A stretch of DNA of 30,687 bases, taken from assembly GCA_041611735.1 (NCBI GenBank), contig JBFIML010000046.1, forward strand, positions 1 to 30,687, given 5' to 3'. Positions within the stretch are counted from its first letter, which is position 1. Every line of letters begins with the position of its first letter. Made by a program: the position numbers and the translations under genes. The notes beneath the pieces are model-generated. The model ran no database searches. It saw only the letters and a list, made by a program, of their open reading frames with translations, and had not been told where the DNA came from. Shown here piece by piece: positions 7,863 to 16,358 of the stretch. This DNA is from Myxococcota bacterium (GTDB lineage: Bacteria; Myxococcota_A; UBA9160; PR03).

Positions 7863-9008
7863 TCAGGCCGGTGACCCGGCGAAGAACTTCTCCACCGCAT
7901 CCCGCTGGGCCCGCACGTCGTCGCGCCCCAGCTCCATCAGCCGTCCGCAGAACTGCGTGTCGAAGAGCAGGTAGCTCGCCAGCTCGGTGATCGACTCGTC
8001 CGTGCCGAGGCCGCGCATCAGGTAGCGGACGATGGCCGGTATGCGATGGCGCAGCTCCGCCGCGATCGAGCCGAAGTCGCGCGAGGGGCTGAGCCAGAGC
8101 ACGTCGACCCAGCGGAAGGGATTGGCGGGGTCCCCGGTGGGGCAGGTGAGCACGCTCCGGTTGACCCGCTCGCTGTGCTCGACATCGGTCTCGATGGCGT
8201 CGAGCATCACCGCGTCCAGCAGCACGCCCGCGATCTGGGCGACCGTCGGCGGCGGCCGGCCGGAGACGCCCGGCAGCTCAACGGCGCGGCCGGCTTGCCG
8301 GACCCCGACTGCCACGACGCGGTCGGCGCCGAGGTTGATGGCGGGGCTGAGCGGAGCCGTGTTGCGGATGCAGCCGTCGCCCAGGTGACGCCCTTGGATC
8401 TCGACGGAAGGGAACAGGATCGGAATCGCGCTGGAGGCCATCAGGTGGTCCACACCGATCGGCGTGCGCTCCACGCTCCAGCGGCCGCGTTGCCACAGCG
8501 GCACGTCCGGCCCGGCTTGCACGAAGACGACCCCATCGGAGGTGTAGAGGTTCGTGGCGGGCACGGCGAGCGCCCGGAGCGCACCGCTTCGCAGGTGCCC
8601 GGCGATGCGGTCGAAGGGAACGCCCTCGTCCAGCAGGGTGCGCAGGGGCGCGGTGTCGAGCAGCGCCTTGGGCGCCACGCGGCGCAGCATGCCCCCGAAG
8701 GAGAGGTCCCGCACCCAGCGCCACCCGATGCCGCCCAGCGAGCGCAGATCGGTGCGGAACACCTGTTCGGCCCGGATCCCGCCCCAGATCCCCTCCAGCC
8801 GCTCCACCCCCTCCGCAAGACGGTCGGCGTGGGCCGCCAGCACGGCGGCGTTGATGGAGCCGGCGCTGGACCCCACCAGGACGTCGAAGGCGCTGGCGGC
8901 CCCGGGAAGGATCCCGAGGTCCAGCAGGCCGCGCAGGGCGCCCACCTGGTAGGCGCCGCGCGCCCCGCCCCCGGACAGCACCAGCGCCGTGCGCGGAGCG
9001 CCACTCAC
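7863..9008 (-). CDS. Patatin-like phospholipase
   Basis: LVLSGGGARGAYQ, GSSAG nucleophile elbow, ASSAIP and LGDGC (DGx). The GTG start overlaps the upstream TGA (GTGA). Confidence 0.92.
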   Translation of the reverse strand: MSGAPRTALVLSGGGARGAYQVGALRGLLDLGILPGAASAFDVLVGSSAGSINAAVLAAHADRLAEGVERLEGIWGGIRAEQVFRTDLRSLGGIGWRWVRDLSFGGMLRRVAPKALLDTAPLRTLLDEGVPFDRIAGHLRSGALRALAVPATNLYTSDGVVFVQAGPDVPLWQRGRWSVERTPIGVDHLMASSAIPILFPSVEIQGRHLGDGCIRNTAPLSPAINLGADRVVAVGVRQAGRAVELPGVSGRPPPTVAQIAGVLLDAVMLDAIETDVEHSERVNRSVLTCPTGDPANPFRWVDVLWLSPSRDFGSIAAELRHRIPAIVRYLMRGLGTDESITELASYLLFDTQFCGRLMELGRDDVRAQRDAVEKFFAGSPA

Positions 9009-9430
9009 GCGGGCGGCTCCAGGCCCGTGGCGCCGCCCAGGCGCGGGAGCGCGTCGCCCACCTCCACCCACTCGGCGCGGTCGTCGAAGAAGACGTGGAG
9101 CTGGGGATGGCGGTCCGCCGGCTCGTCCAGGCAGGCGTAGGCCACGTCCAGGTCCCCGGGAGTGCGCGACGACTCGCACAGGAGCGAGCTCCCGCAGCGC
9201 CCGCAGAAGCTGCGCGTCCCGTGGTCCGAGGAGCGGTAGCGGACCACCGCCTCGCTGCCGGTGAGCCAGCGGAAGCGATCGCGCGGCAGGCGCAGCCACG
9301 TCACGTACGGGGCAGCATGGGCCTTGCGGCACTGGGAGCAGTGGCAGTGCGCGCAGACACGGCTCGGGGACCCCACCTCGAAGCGGACCCCTCCGCACAG
9401 GCAGGACCCTCGCGCCGTCTGCATCGACAT
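9005..9430 (-). CDS. GFA/CENP-V family Zn protein
   Basis: GSCLCGGVRF, HCHCSQCRK and RSFCGRCGSSL. A strong GGAGGAGG SD favours ATG 9430 over 9454. Confidence 0.9.
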   Translation of the reverse strand: MSMQTARGSCLCGGVRFEVGSPSRVCAHCHCSQCRKAHAAPYVTWLRLPRDRFRWLTGSEAVVRYRSSDHGTRSFCGRCGSSLLCESSRTPGDLDVAYACLDEPADRHPQLHVFFDDRAEWVEVGDALPRLGGATGLEPPA

Positions 9431-9460
9431 GACGTCCTCCTCCGCCCGGGCCATGCGGTG

Positions 9461-9501
9461 ATCATACGGCGATTGCAGGCGTCCGTCCGCGACCGGATAC
9501 T
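9461..9501. promoter_or_regulatory. Divergent sigma70-like promoters (GFA / mazG)
   Basis: Plus strand: TTGCAG (9473-78), 17 nt, GATACT (9496-9501), ending 6 nt before GTG 9508. Minus strand: TATGAT (9466-9461). Confidence 0.45.
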
Positions 9502-9507
9502 CCGCCC

Positions 9508-10311
9508 GTGGCGGGAATCGAACGGCTGCTCGCGATCATGGCGCGGCTGCGGGACCCGCAGGGCGGCTGCCCCTGGGACCTGGAGCAGGACTTCGCGAGC
9601 ATCGCCCCCTACACCATCGAAGAGGCCTACGAGGTCGAGGACGCCATCCGCCGCGGGGATCTGGACGACCTGCGCGACGAGCTCGGGGACCTGCTGCTCC
9701 AGGTCGTCTTCCACGCCCAGATGGCCCGGGAGGCCGGCCACTTCGGGTTCGACGGCGTGGTGGAGGCGATCTGCCAGAAGCTGGTGCGACGCCACCCGCA
9801 CGTGTTCGCGGATGCCGAGATCGGGAGCGCCGAGGCGCAGCTGCGGGCCTGGGAGGACCACAAGGCCGCCGAGCGCGGGCGACGCGCGGGCCCGGCTCGG
9901 AGCCCGAGCGCCCTGGACCACCTGGCCCGGGGCCTGCCGGCGCTCCTGCGGGCCGCCAAGCTCCAGCGGCGCGCCGCGCGCAGCGGCCTCGATTGGCCGG
10001 AGACGGGCGACGCCCCGGCTCGCCTCGAGCAGGCGGCCATGGCGCTGGTGGCGGCGGTCCGTCACGGCGGGACCCGCGCCCGAGGATCGCGGGCGCTCGG
10101 GGAGCTGCTGTTCGCCGCAGCCAGCCTGGCGCGCCACCTGGATCTCGACCCGGAGCAGGCGCTGCGGGAGGCCAACGCCGGCTTCGAGCGGCGCTTCCGC
10201 GCCGTCGAGGTCGGGCTTGCTGCCGAGGGACGCCGGCCCGAGACGCTCTCGCCCGCCGAGTGGCGTGTGCGCTGGCGGGAGGCCTCCCCCTCCCAGGACG
10301 AGGCCGGCTAG
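9508..10311 (+). CDS. mazG: Nucleoside triphosphate pyrophosphohydrolase MazG
   Basis: LRDPQGGCPWDLEQ, IEEAYEV, DELGDLLLQVVFHAQMA, KLVRRHPHVF, LPALLRAAKLQ and ALREAN..FERRF. Confidence 0.92.
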   Translation: MAGIERLLAIMARLRDPQGGCPWDLEQDFASIAPYTIEEAYEVEDAIRRGDLDDLRDELGDLLLQVVFHAQMAREAGHFGFDGVVEAICQKLVRRHPHVFADAEIGSAEAQLRAWEDHKAAERGRRAGPARSPSALDHLARGLPALLRAAKLQRRAARSGLDWPETGDAPARLEQAAMALVAAVRHGGTRARGSRALGELLFAAASLARHLDLDPEQALREANAGFERRFRAVEVGLAAEGRRPETLSPAEWRVRWREASPSQDEAG

Positions 10312-10376
10312 ACGGATCCCGAGGGTCGATCCCCGGGGGCCGAGGGTCGCGCTCGGGGACCCCGGCGATTCGCCGC

Positions 10377-10406
10377 TTGACCCGGCTTCCAGAGCCGAGT
10401 TAGAAA
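10377..10406 (+). promoter_or_regulatory. Putative sigma70 promoter for the BPI-like/PLC operon
   Basis: TTGACC (10377-82), 18 nt, TAGAAA (10401-06) in an AT-richer patch upstream of ATG 10495. Confidence 0.4.
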
Positions 10407-10494
10407 AGTTCGTTGGGGTGCCGGGGACGGCGTGGTGCGCGCCGACTTCCCGCTGGCCTCGCGTGCCGCCCCTCTCCACCGAACGGGAAGCGCC

Positions 10495-12393
10495 ATGCAA
10501 GCTCGTGGATCCTCCCCGGTCGTCCGGGTGCGCGCCGTGGCCTCGGTCGCCAGCGCCGTGCTGCTCACCCTGCTGCTGGGCACGCAGGCCCGGGCGGGCG
10601 CCTTCCGGCCACCCAGCATCGTGATCCATTCCCCGACCCACGGCAGCTTCTCCCTCGACGCCCAGGTGACGGTGACCGGGGAGGTCCAGAGCATCTCGGT
10701 CGCGACCGCGATCGTGAAGGTGAACGGGGTCCAGGTGCCGGTGCAGCCCGACCGCAGCTTCTCGGCCGTAGTCGCCCTGGACCCGGCCAAGATCTTCAAC
10801 CCGATCCTGGCCGAGCTGACGGCCACCAACAGCGCCAACCTGAAGAAGCGCGCTCGCGTCACGGTGGTCGCGGGCCCGTCGGTGGCGGACGGGCTCTTCT
10901 CGCCGCAGAGCGTCGCCATGCGCATCAACGACTCGGGGCTCGACGCCATCGAGCCGACCGTGGAAGACCTGGTGGATCTGGACATCGCCTCGCTGATGCC
11001 GGTGGGCACGGTGGTGATCCGCAACTTCTGCGCCATCGACAGCATCTTCGGCTGCCTGGGTCGGGTGGACGCGGTGGTCACGAATCCACCGCCCTCGATC
11101 ACCGGCTTCGGGATCGACGTGGACTCGATGACCAACGCGGTGGCCGGAGACATCGCGATCCAGAACCTGAGGGTCGATCTCAACCTGATCGGCTCGGGCC
11201 TCGCGCCCTCCTGCGGTCTGCGGCTCACCGCCACGACCACCAGCATCCTGGGCGACTACGACCTGACGGGCGATCCGGTCATCCCGACCCAGGTGGACGT
11301 GAACCAGATGGGGGGCGTGAGCGTCTCCTTCTCCAACTTCAACCAGCAGTTCACCAGCGGCCTGTGCGACTTCCCGCTGATCGGCGACCTGATCCAGCTC
11401 ATCATCGGCGACATCCAGAACGACGTGCGCCAGGGGCTCGAGGACTTCCTGGACGATCCCGACGGGGCGGGTCCGGCGGATGGACCGATCGCCGATGCCA
11501 TCGAGGAGGCGCTGGCGGCGGTCGAGATCACCGGGCCGATCGGCGAAGGTCTCGGCGTGAACCTGGAGACCCCGATCTTCGACATCTTCGAGGACGTAGA
11601 TGGCCTGACCTTCGACAACGATGCGCGCGTCGTCTCCAGCATCGGGAGCGGGCCGGGCCAGTGCCAGCCGCCGGCCGGCGCTCCGGACCTCGCCGCCTCC
11701 TACCACGTGGTGACGAGCTTCCCGAGCTTCGGAGCCACGACGCCCGTGGGAGGGCTGCCCTACGGCCTCGGGCTGTGCATCTCGCCCTCGGCCTTCAATC
11801 AGCTCCTCAAGGCGGAGACCGAGTGCGGCCTGCTGCGCGTCGACCTGACGCAGTTCGACTTCGGCGGGGGCCCGATCCCGATCAACGCCGGGACGCTGGC
11901 CCTCTTCGTGCCGGAGTTCGGCACGCTCGACCCGAACGTACCGCTCGTGATCCGGCTGCGACCGACCCTGGCGCCCGCCCTGACCGGGAACCCGGGACCG
12001 GGCGGAGAGCTGGGGGAGATGCGGATCGGCGCCCTCAAGCTCGACGTCGTGACCGACTCGCCGGGCGCGACGCCCTGGATCGAGATGCAGGTGGACGCCC
12101 GGGTCGGCCTGAACTTCGCCTTCGACGAGGTCGCAGGCGGCCTCTCCGTGACCCTGGGCACGGTGAACCCGGCGAACATCACCGTCGCGATCCTCGAGAA
12201 CCGCATCAATACCAACGAAGTCTCCCTGCTCACGATCCTCCCCAGCCTGCTCGCCTTCGTGCTGCCGAGTCTGACCGACGCCCTGGGCAGCTTCCCGCTG
12301 CCGGACTTCCTGGGGCTGAGCCTGCAGGGGATCGAGGTCTCGAATCAGGGCCAGTTCATGTCGGTGTTCCTCGATCTGGTGCCCACACCGTGA
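10495..12393 (+). CDS. Secreted protein: Ig-like domain plus BPI/LBP/CETP-like (TULIP) lipid-binding region
   Basis: Signal peptide ending ARA. Ig-like segment: PPSIVIHSP..VTVTGEV..VKVNG..FSAVVAL..NPI. BPI-like motifs: VAMRINDSGLDAI, GLCISPSAFNQLL and LPSLTDALGSFPLP...QGQFMSVFLDL. The CDS is secure; the family call is inference. Confidence 0.7.
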   Translation: MQARGSSPVVRVRAVASVASAVLLTLLLGTQARAGAFRPPSIVIHSPTHGSFSLDAQVTVTGEVQSISVATAIVKVNGVQVPVQPDRSFSAVVALDPAKIFNPILAELTATNSANLKKRARVTVVAGPSVADGLFSPQSVAMRINDSGLDAIEPTVEDLVDLDIASLMPVGTVVIRNFCAIDSIFGCLGRVDAVVTNPPPSITGFGIDVDSMTNAVAGDIAIQNLRVDLNLIGSGLAPSCGLRLTATTTSILGDYDLTGDPVIPTQVDVNQMGGVSVSFSNFNQQFTSGLCDFPLIGDLIQLIIGDIQNDVRQGLEDFLDDPDGAGPADGPIADAIEEALAAVEITGPIGEGLGVNLETPIFDIFEDVDGLTFDNDARVVSSIGSGPGQCQPPAGAPDLAASYHVVTSFPSFGATTPVGGLPYGLGLCISPSAFNQLLKAETECGLLRVDLTQFDFGGGPIPINAGTLALFVPEFGTLDPNVPLVIRLRPTLAPALTGNPGPGGELGEMRIGALKLDVVTDSPGATPWIEMQVDARVGLNFAFDEVAGGLSVTLGTVNPANITVAILENRINTNEVSLLTILPSLLAFVLPSLTDALGSFPLPDFLGLSLQGIEVSNQGQFMSVFLDLVPTP

Positions 12394-12403
12394 GGTTTCT
12401 TGC

Positions 12404-13672
12404 GTGCTGCGACGAACGCTCCTGCTGGTTCTGACCTTCGCCCTGGGCCTGCTACCCACCGCATCGGCCCACGCGGCCCCCGGACGGGGCCGCGGCTTCG
12501 ACTGCCAGGCGGCCGAGCGGCTGCTCGCCCTGCTGGGGACCCACCCGGGCCAGGGTGTCGGGCGGGGTCTCCTGGAGCGGGCGCGCCGCCAGGCGCTGCA
12601 AGCGCTCGAGGGCCACTACGCGGACCGCTGCGTGGCGTTGAACCACCTGCAGGTCCTGGGCACCCACAACAGCTATCACGTGGAACCGGTGCCGGAGCTG
12701 CTGCGGCTGCTCCTGATCTTCGACGACCAGTTCCTGGCCTGGGAGTACACCCACCTGCCCCTGGATCAGCAGTTCGAGCGCCAGGGCATCCGCCAGATCG
12801 AGCTGGACGTCTTCCACGACCCGCAGGGGGGCCTGTACGCCCAGCCCTTCGGCCTGTTCGCGGTGCAGCAGGACCCGAACCAGCGCATTCCGGAGCTGGA
12901 GCCCCCCGGCTTGAAGGTGCTCCACGTGCAGGATCTCGACTTCGAGACCCGCTGCCCCACGTTGGTCGCGTGCCTCCAGGTGGTGAAGGCGTGGTCCGAC
13001 GCCCACCCGGGGCACCTGCCCCTCACGATCCTCGTGGAAGTGAAGGACGATCCGATCCCGGACCCGCTGGGGATCGGCTTCGTGCGGCCGCTCCTGTTCG
13101 ACGCGGCGGCCTTCGACACCCTCGACGCCGAGATCCGCTCCGTCTTCCCGGCGGGCCAGCTCCTCACGCCCGACGACGTGCGCGGCGGGCGCGCGACCCT
13201 GGAGGAGGCGGTGCTCCTGGACGGCTGGCCGGTGCTCGCCGACGTGCGCGGGCGCGTGCTCTTCGCGCTCGACAATGGGGGCGCGAAGCGCAGCATCTAC
13301 CGGCAGGGGCGCCCCTCCCTGGAGGGACGCGTGCTCTTCACCAACGCGGTCCCGGGCGATGCGGACGCCGCCTTCGTGAAGCTCAACAACCCGATCGCCG
13401 ACGGCGCCCGCATCTCGGAGCTGGTGGCCGCCGGCTACGTGGTGCGGACCCGCGCCGACGCGGACACCCTGGAGGCGCGGCTGGGCGACACGACCCAGCG
13501 GGACGCGGCCCTGGCCAGCGGCGCGCAGTTCGTGAGCAGCGACTACCCGGAGCCGGACCCCCGCTTCGGCACGGGCTACCAGGTCACGATCCCGGGCGGC
13601 GCTCCCGCCCGCTGCAACCCCGTGAGCGCCCCGCCCGGCTGCCGCAACACGGCCCTCGAGCGCCTGGACTGA
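12404..13672 (+). CDS. Secreted Ca2+-dependent phosphoinositide phospholipase C-like phosphodiesterase
   Basis: Signal peptide MLRRTLLLVLTFALGLLPTASAHA. Motifs GTHNSYH, GIRQIELDV, VLHVQDLD, WSDAHPGHLP..ILVEVK, VRTRAD and SGAQFVSSDYP. Confidence 0.85.
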   Translation: MLRRTLLLVLTFALGLLPTASAHAAPGRGRGFDCQAAERLLALLGTHPGQGVGRGLLERARRQALQALEGHYADRCVALNHLQVLGTHNSYHVEPVPELLRLLLIFDDQFLAWEYTHLPLDQQFERQGIRQIELDVFHDPQGGLYAQPFGLFAVQQDPNQRIPELEPPGLKVLHVQDLDFETRCPTLVACLQVVKAWSDAHPGHLPLTILVEVKDDPIPDPLGIGFVRPLLFDAAAFDTLDAEIRSVFPAGQLLTPDDVRGGRATLEEAVLLDGWPVLADVRGRVLFALDNGGAKRSIYRQGRPSLEGRVLFTNAVPGDADAAFVKLNNPIADGARISELVAAGYVVRTRADADTLEARLGDTTQRDAALASGAQFVSSDYPEPDPRFGTGYQVTIPGGAPARCNPVSAPPGCRNTALERLD

Positions 13673-13822
13673 GCTCCGTCCTCGTTCCATCTCGCAGGAA
13701 ACCGGGCTCGCCGCCTCCCTTCGAACCCTCTCCGACGAGGAGCGCGTGAGACTGTCAACCGGCTTCCCCGCCCGGTGTCGCCGGCCCGTGATGGATCGAA
13801 GCCGGTCTCCCCGACCGTCTTC

Positions 13823-13850
13823 TTCACGCCCTTCCCGGGTCTGGCATAAT
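13823..13850 (+). promoter_or_regulatory. Putative promoter with extended -10
   Basis: TTCACG (13823-28), 16 nt, CATAAT (13845-50) preceded by TGG. An AGGAGG SD lies at 13863-68. Confidence 0.5.
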
Positions 13851-13872
13851 CCAACCGGGGGCAGGAGGCACG

Positions 13873-14910
13873 ATGGCGACGCGCGACCGCTACGTGATCC
13901 CGAGCGAGGACGGCGACTGGCAGGTCCCCGAGTCCTTCGAGACGACCTTCCGCTGGGAATACCAGGACGGCACCGACGCCCTGCTCGGCCTCTACGCCAA
14001 GGGCAAGTCCCTCCAGTGGGACGCCGCACGACGCATCGACTGGTCCCTCGATCTGGATCCCGAGAATCCCCAGGAGATGCCCGACGACTCCATCTCCATC
14101 TACGGCTCCGAAGTCTGGGAGTGCCTCACCCGCGAGGAGAGGGCCCGCCTTCGCCGCCACAGCCAGGCCTGGCAGCTCTCCCAGTTCCTGCACGGAGAGC
14201 AGGGAGCGCTGATCTGCTCGGCCAAGATCGTGCAGCAGGTGCCGCGCATGGACGCCAAGTACTACGCCGCCACCCAGGTGATCGACGAGGCCCGGCACGT
14301 GGAGGCCTACTCACGCCTCCTGCACGACAAGTTCGAGCTCGCCTACCCGATCAACCCGCACTTGAAGCACCTGCTGAACGACGTCCTGGCAGACGCCCGC
14401 TGGGACATGACCTACCTGGGCATGCAGGTGCTGATCGAGGGACTGGCCCTGGCCGCCTTCCAGCAGATCCGCGACAGCGCCCGGAACCCGCTGGCCGCCC
14501 AGGTCAATGCCTACGTGATGCAGGACGAGGCCCGGCACGTGGCGTTCGGGCGCATCGCCCTGCGCGAGTACTACCCCCAGCTCACCCACAAGGAGCGCGA
14601 CGAGCGCGAGGAGTTCGCGGTGGAGGCCTGCTACCTGATGCGGGACCGCTTCCTGGCCGAGGAGGTGTGGGAGGCGGTGGGGCTCCCCGTGGAGCGGTGC
14701 GTCGCCTTCGTGGACGGCTCCCAGAGCATGCGCGAGTTCCGCTCGCGCCTCTTCAGCCGCATCGTCCCCACCATGAAGGACATCGGGCTGTGGGGTCCCA
14801 GGATCCGCCGAGCTTATGCCAACATGGGCATCCTGGGTTTCGCCGAGGTGGATGTGGAGTCTCTCATGAAGGAGGACGAGCGCATCGCCGAGGGCTTCGA
14901 CCGGCCCTAA
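13873..14910 (+). CDS. Ferritin-like diiron protein (AurF/N-oxygenase-like)
   Basis: QFLHGEQGAL, QVIDEARHVE, QVLIEGLAL and MQDEARHVAFG, with a strong SD. Confidence 0.85.
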   Translation: MATRDRYVIPSEDGDWQVPESFETTFRWEYQDGTDALLGLYAKGKSLQWDAARRIDWSLDLDPENPQEMPDDSISIYGSEVWECLTREERARLRRHSQAWQLSQFLHGEQGALICSAKIVQQVPRMDAKYYAATQVIDEARHVEAYSRLLHDKFELAYPINPHLKHLLNDVLADARWDMTYLGMQVLIEGLALAAFQQIRDSARNPLAAQVNAYVMQDEARHVAFGRIALREYYPQLTHKERDEREEFAVEACYLMRDRFLAEEVWEAVGLPVERCVAFVDGSQSMREFRSRLFSRIVPTMKDIGLWGPRIRRAYANMGILGFAEVDVESLMKEDERIAEGFDRP

Positions 14911-14945
14911 ACCGGCCTGCTCGGTGCGCCGATGACTCCGGCGGG

Positions 14946-15458
14946 ATGGCGGACGTCGGCAACCTCTTCCTCGAGTACGTGCACCTGGACCGCCGGCGGA
15001 CCCAGGAAGGGCTGTCGGTGGCGGAGCTCGAACGCTGGAGCGAGCTCAAACGTGCCCTCGGCGAGCACTTCGGCGCTGACCCCGCGGCCCGGGAGCGCCG
15101 GGATTCACTCCGCGTCCCCACCCGCCTGGCCTGCAGCTTCGACTCCCTCGGAAGCTTCGAGCAGGCCCGCATCACCAACCTGTCGCGGGGCGGCGTCTTC
15201 ATCCTGACGAGCGCGCCGCTGCCCGTGGGGACCCGGCTGCAGCTGCGCATCCAGATCGGGACCACCGGGAGCGAGCTCGACGTGGCCGGGGTCGTGGTCA
15301 CGAACCACGTGGGGCCGAGCCTCGACACGCACCGCTCGGGCATGGGGGTCCGCTTCTCGGAGCAGGTCCCCGAGATCCTGAAGCAGATCGACGAGCTCTA
15401 CGAGCGCATCGGGCGCAGCCACCTGCGGGGTGGCGAGGACGAGACCGGCGCCTCCTGA
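14946..15458 (+). CDS. PilZ domain protein (c-di-GMP effector)
   Basis: RERRDSLR (RxxxR), NLSRGGVFI (D/NxSxxG), PLPVGT and GMGVRF, with a helical N-terminal extension. Confidence 0.85.
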   Translation: MADVGNLFLEYVHLDRRRTQEGLSVAELERWSELKRALGEHFGADPAARERRDSLRVPTRLACSFDSLGSFEQARITNLSRGGVFILTSAPLPVGTRLQLRIQIGTTGSELDVAGVVVTNHVGPSLDTHRSGMGVRFSEQVPEILKQIDELYERIGRSHLRGGEDETGAS

Positions 15459-15530
15459 GGCCCCCGCGGGGCCATGAGGCCAGCGCGCCTCCGGCCAGCA
15501 CCGGGATCCGCTGGGACCCCCACCGCGCTG

Positions 15531-16358
15531 CTAGGCACCCAGCGCGGCTGCGAACTCCTTCACGCCCTCCGGCCAGGGCGGCAGCGGAATCAAGGGGCGC
15601 TGCAGCGAGGTGAGCGCCGAGAAGCGGGGCCGACGTGCCGGCCGCGGCACCGCCGGGGTGGGCACCGGACGCACGGGCGTCCCCAGACCGAGCTCCCGGA
15701 AGATCGCGCAGGCGAGCTCGTACCAGCTCGCCACCCCACGGTTCACCAGGTGGTAGGTGCCGTAGCTCCCGGTCTCGATCAGCCGCTCGAGCGCCGCGGC
15801 CAGGTGTGGTGCATAGGTGGGTGAGCCGAACTGGTCGCTCACCACCGCGACCTCCGCCCGCTCGGCGAGCGACCGCATGGTGAGGGCGAAGTTGCGGCCC
15901 ACCGGCCCGTAGAGCCAGGCCGAGCGCACCACGAAGTGGCGCGGGTTCATGGCCCGCGTCTCCTGCTCGCCGGCCAGCTTGCTGCGCCCGTACACGGACA
16001 GGGGCGCGGGCGCGTCGAACTCGTGGTAGGCGCGGCCCGCCTCCCCGTCGAAGACATAGTCGCTCGAGAGGTGCACCAGGGGAATGCCGCGCTCGGCCGT
16101 GGCCAGGGCCAGGATGCGCGGCGCGACGGCGTTGCCCGCGAAGGCCGCTGCCGGATCGCGCTCTGCCCCGTCCACGTCGGTGTAGGCGGCCGCATTCAAG
16201 ACGAGGTCCGGCCGCTCGGCGTCGAGACGCGCGCGCACCGCTCGCAGCTCGCACACGTCGAGCTCCGCGTGCGGAGCCGCAATCACGACGTGCCGCGTCC
16301 AGGTCGCCTGGATGGCCCGGCCGAGCTGGCCGCCGGCGCCGCTCACGAGCACCCTCAC
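15531..16358 (-). CDS. rfbD: dTDP-4-dehydrorhamnose reductase
   Basis: GAGGQLG, NAAAYTDVD, SSDYVFDG, YGRSKLAGE and DQFGSPT. Confidence 0.95.
   Translation of the reverse strand: MRVLVSGAGGQLGRAIQATWTRHVVIAAPHAELDVCELRAVRARLDAERPDLVLNAAAYTDVDGAERDPAAAFAGNAVAPRILALATAERGIPLVHLSSDYVFDGEAGRAYHEFDAPAPLSVYGRSKLAGEQETRAMNPRHFVVRSAWLYGPVGRNFALTMRSLAERAEVAVVSDQFGSPTYAPHLAAALERLIETGSYGTYHLVNRGVASWYELACAIFRELGLGTPVRPVPTPAVPRPARRPRFSALTSLQRPLIPLPPWPEGVKEFAAALGA

Noticed and set aside
9508-10311. MazG, patatin and TPR genes as a possible anti-phage defence island
   Set aside because: This is the two-domain housekeeping-type MazG, and the patatin is coupled to a GFA gene rather than a cyclase. There are no mobile-element or compositional signs of an island.
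9301-12459. 1052-aa minus-strand ORF, and similar long ORFs such as 166-1896, 10413-12434, 12452-14029 and 24017-25444
   Set aside because: These are antisense or alternate-frame shadows of well-supported genes. Stops are rare at this GC content, and the translations are Arg/Gly/Pro-rich with no motifs.
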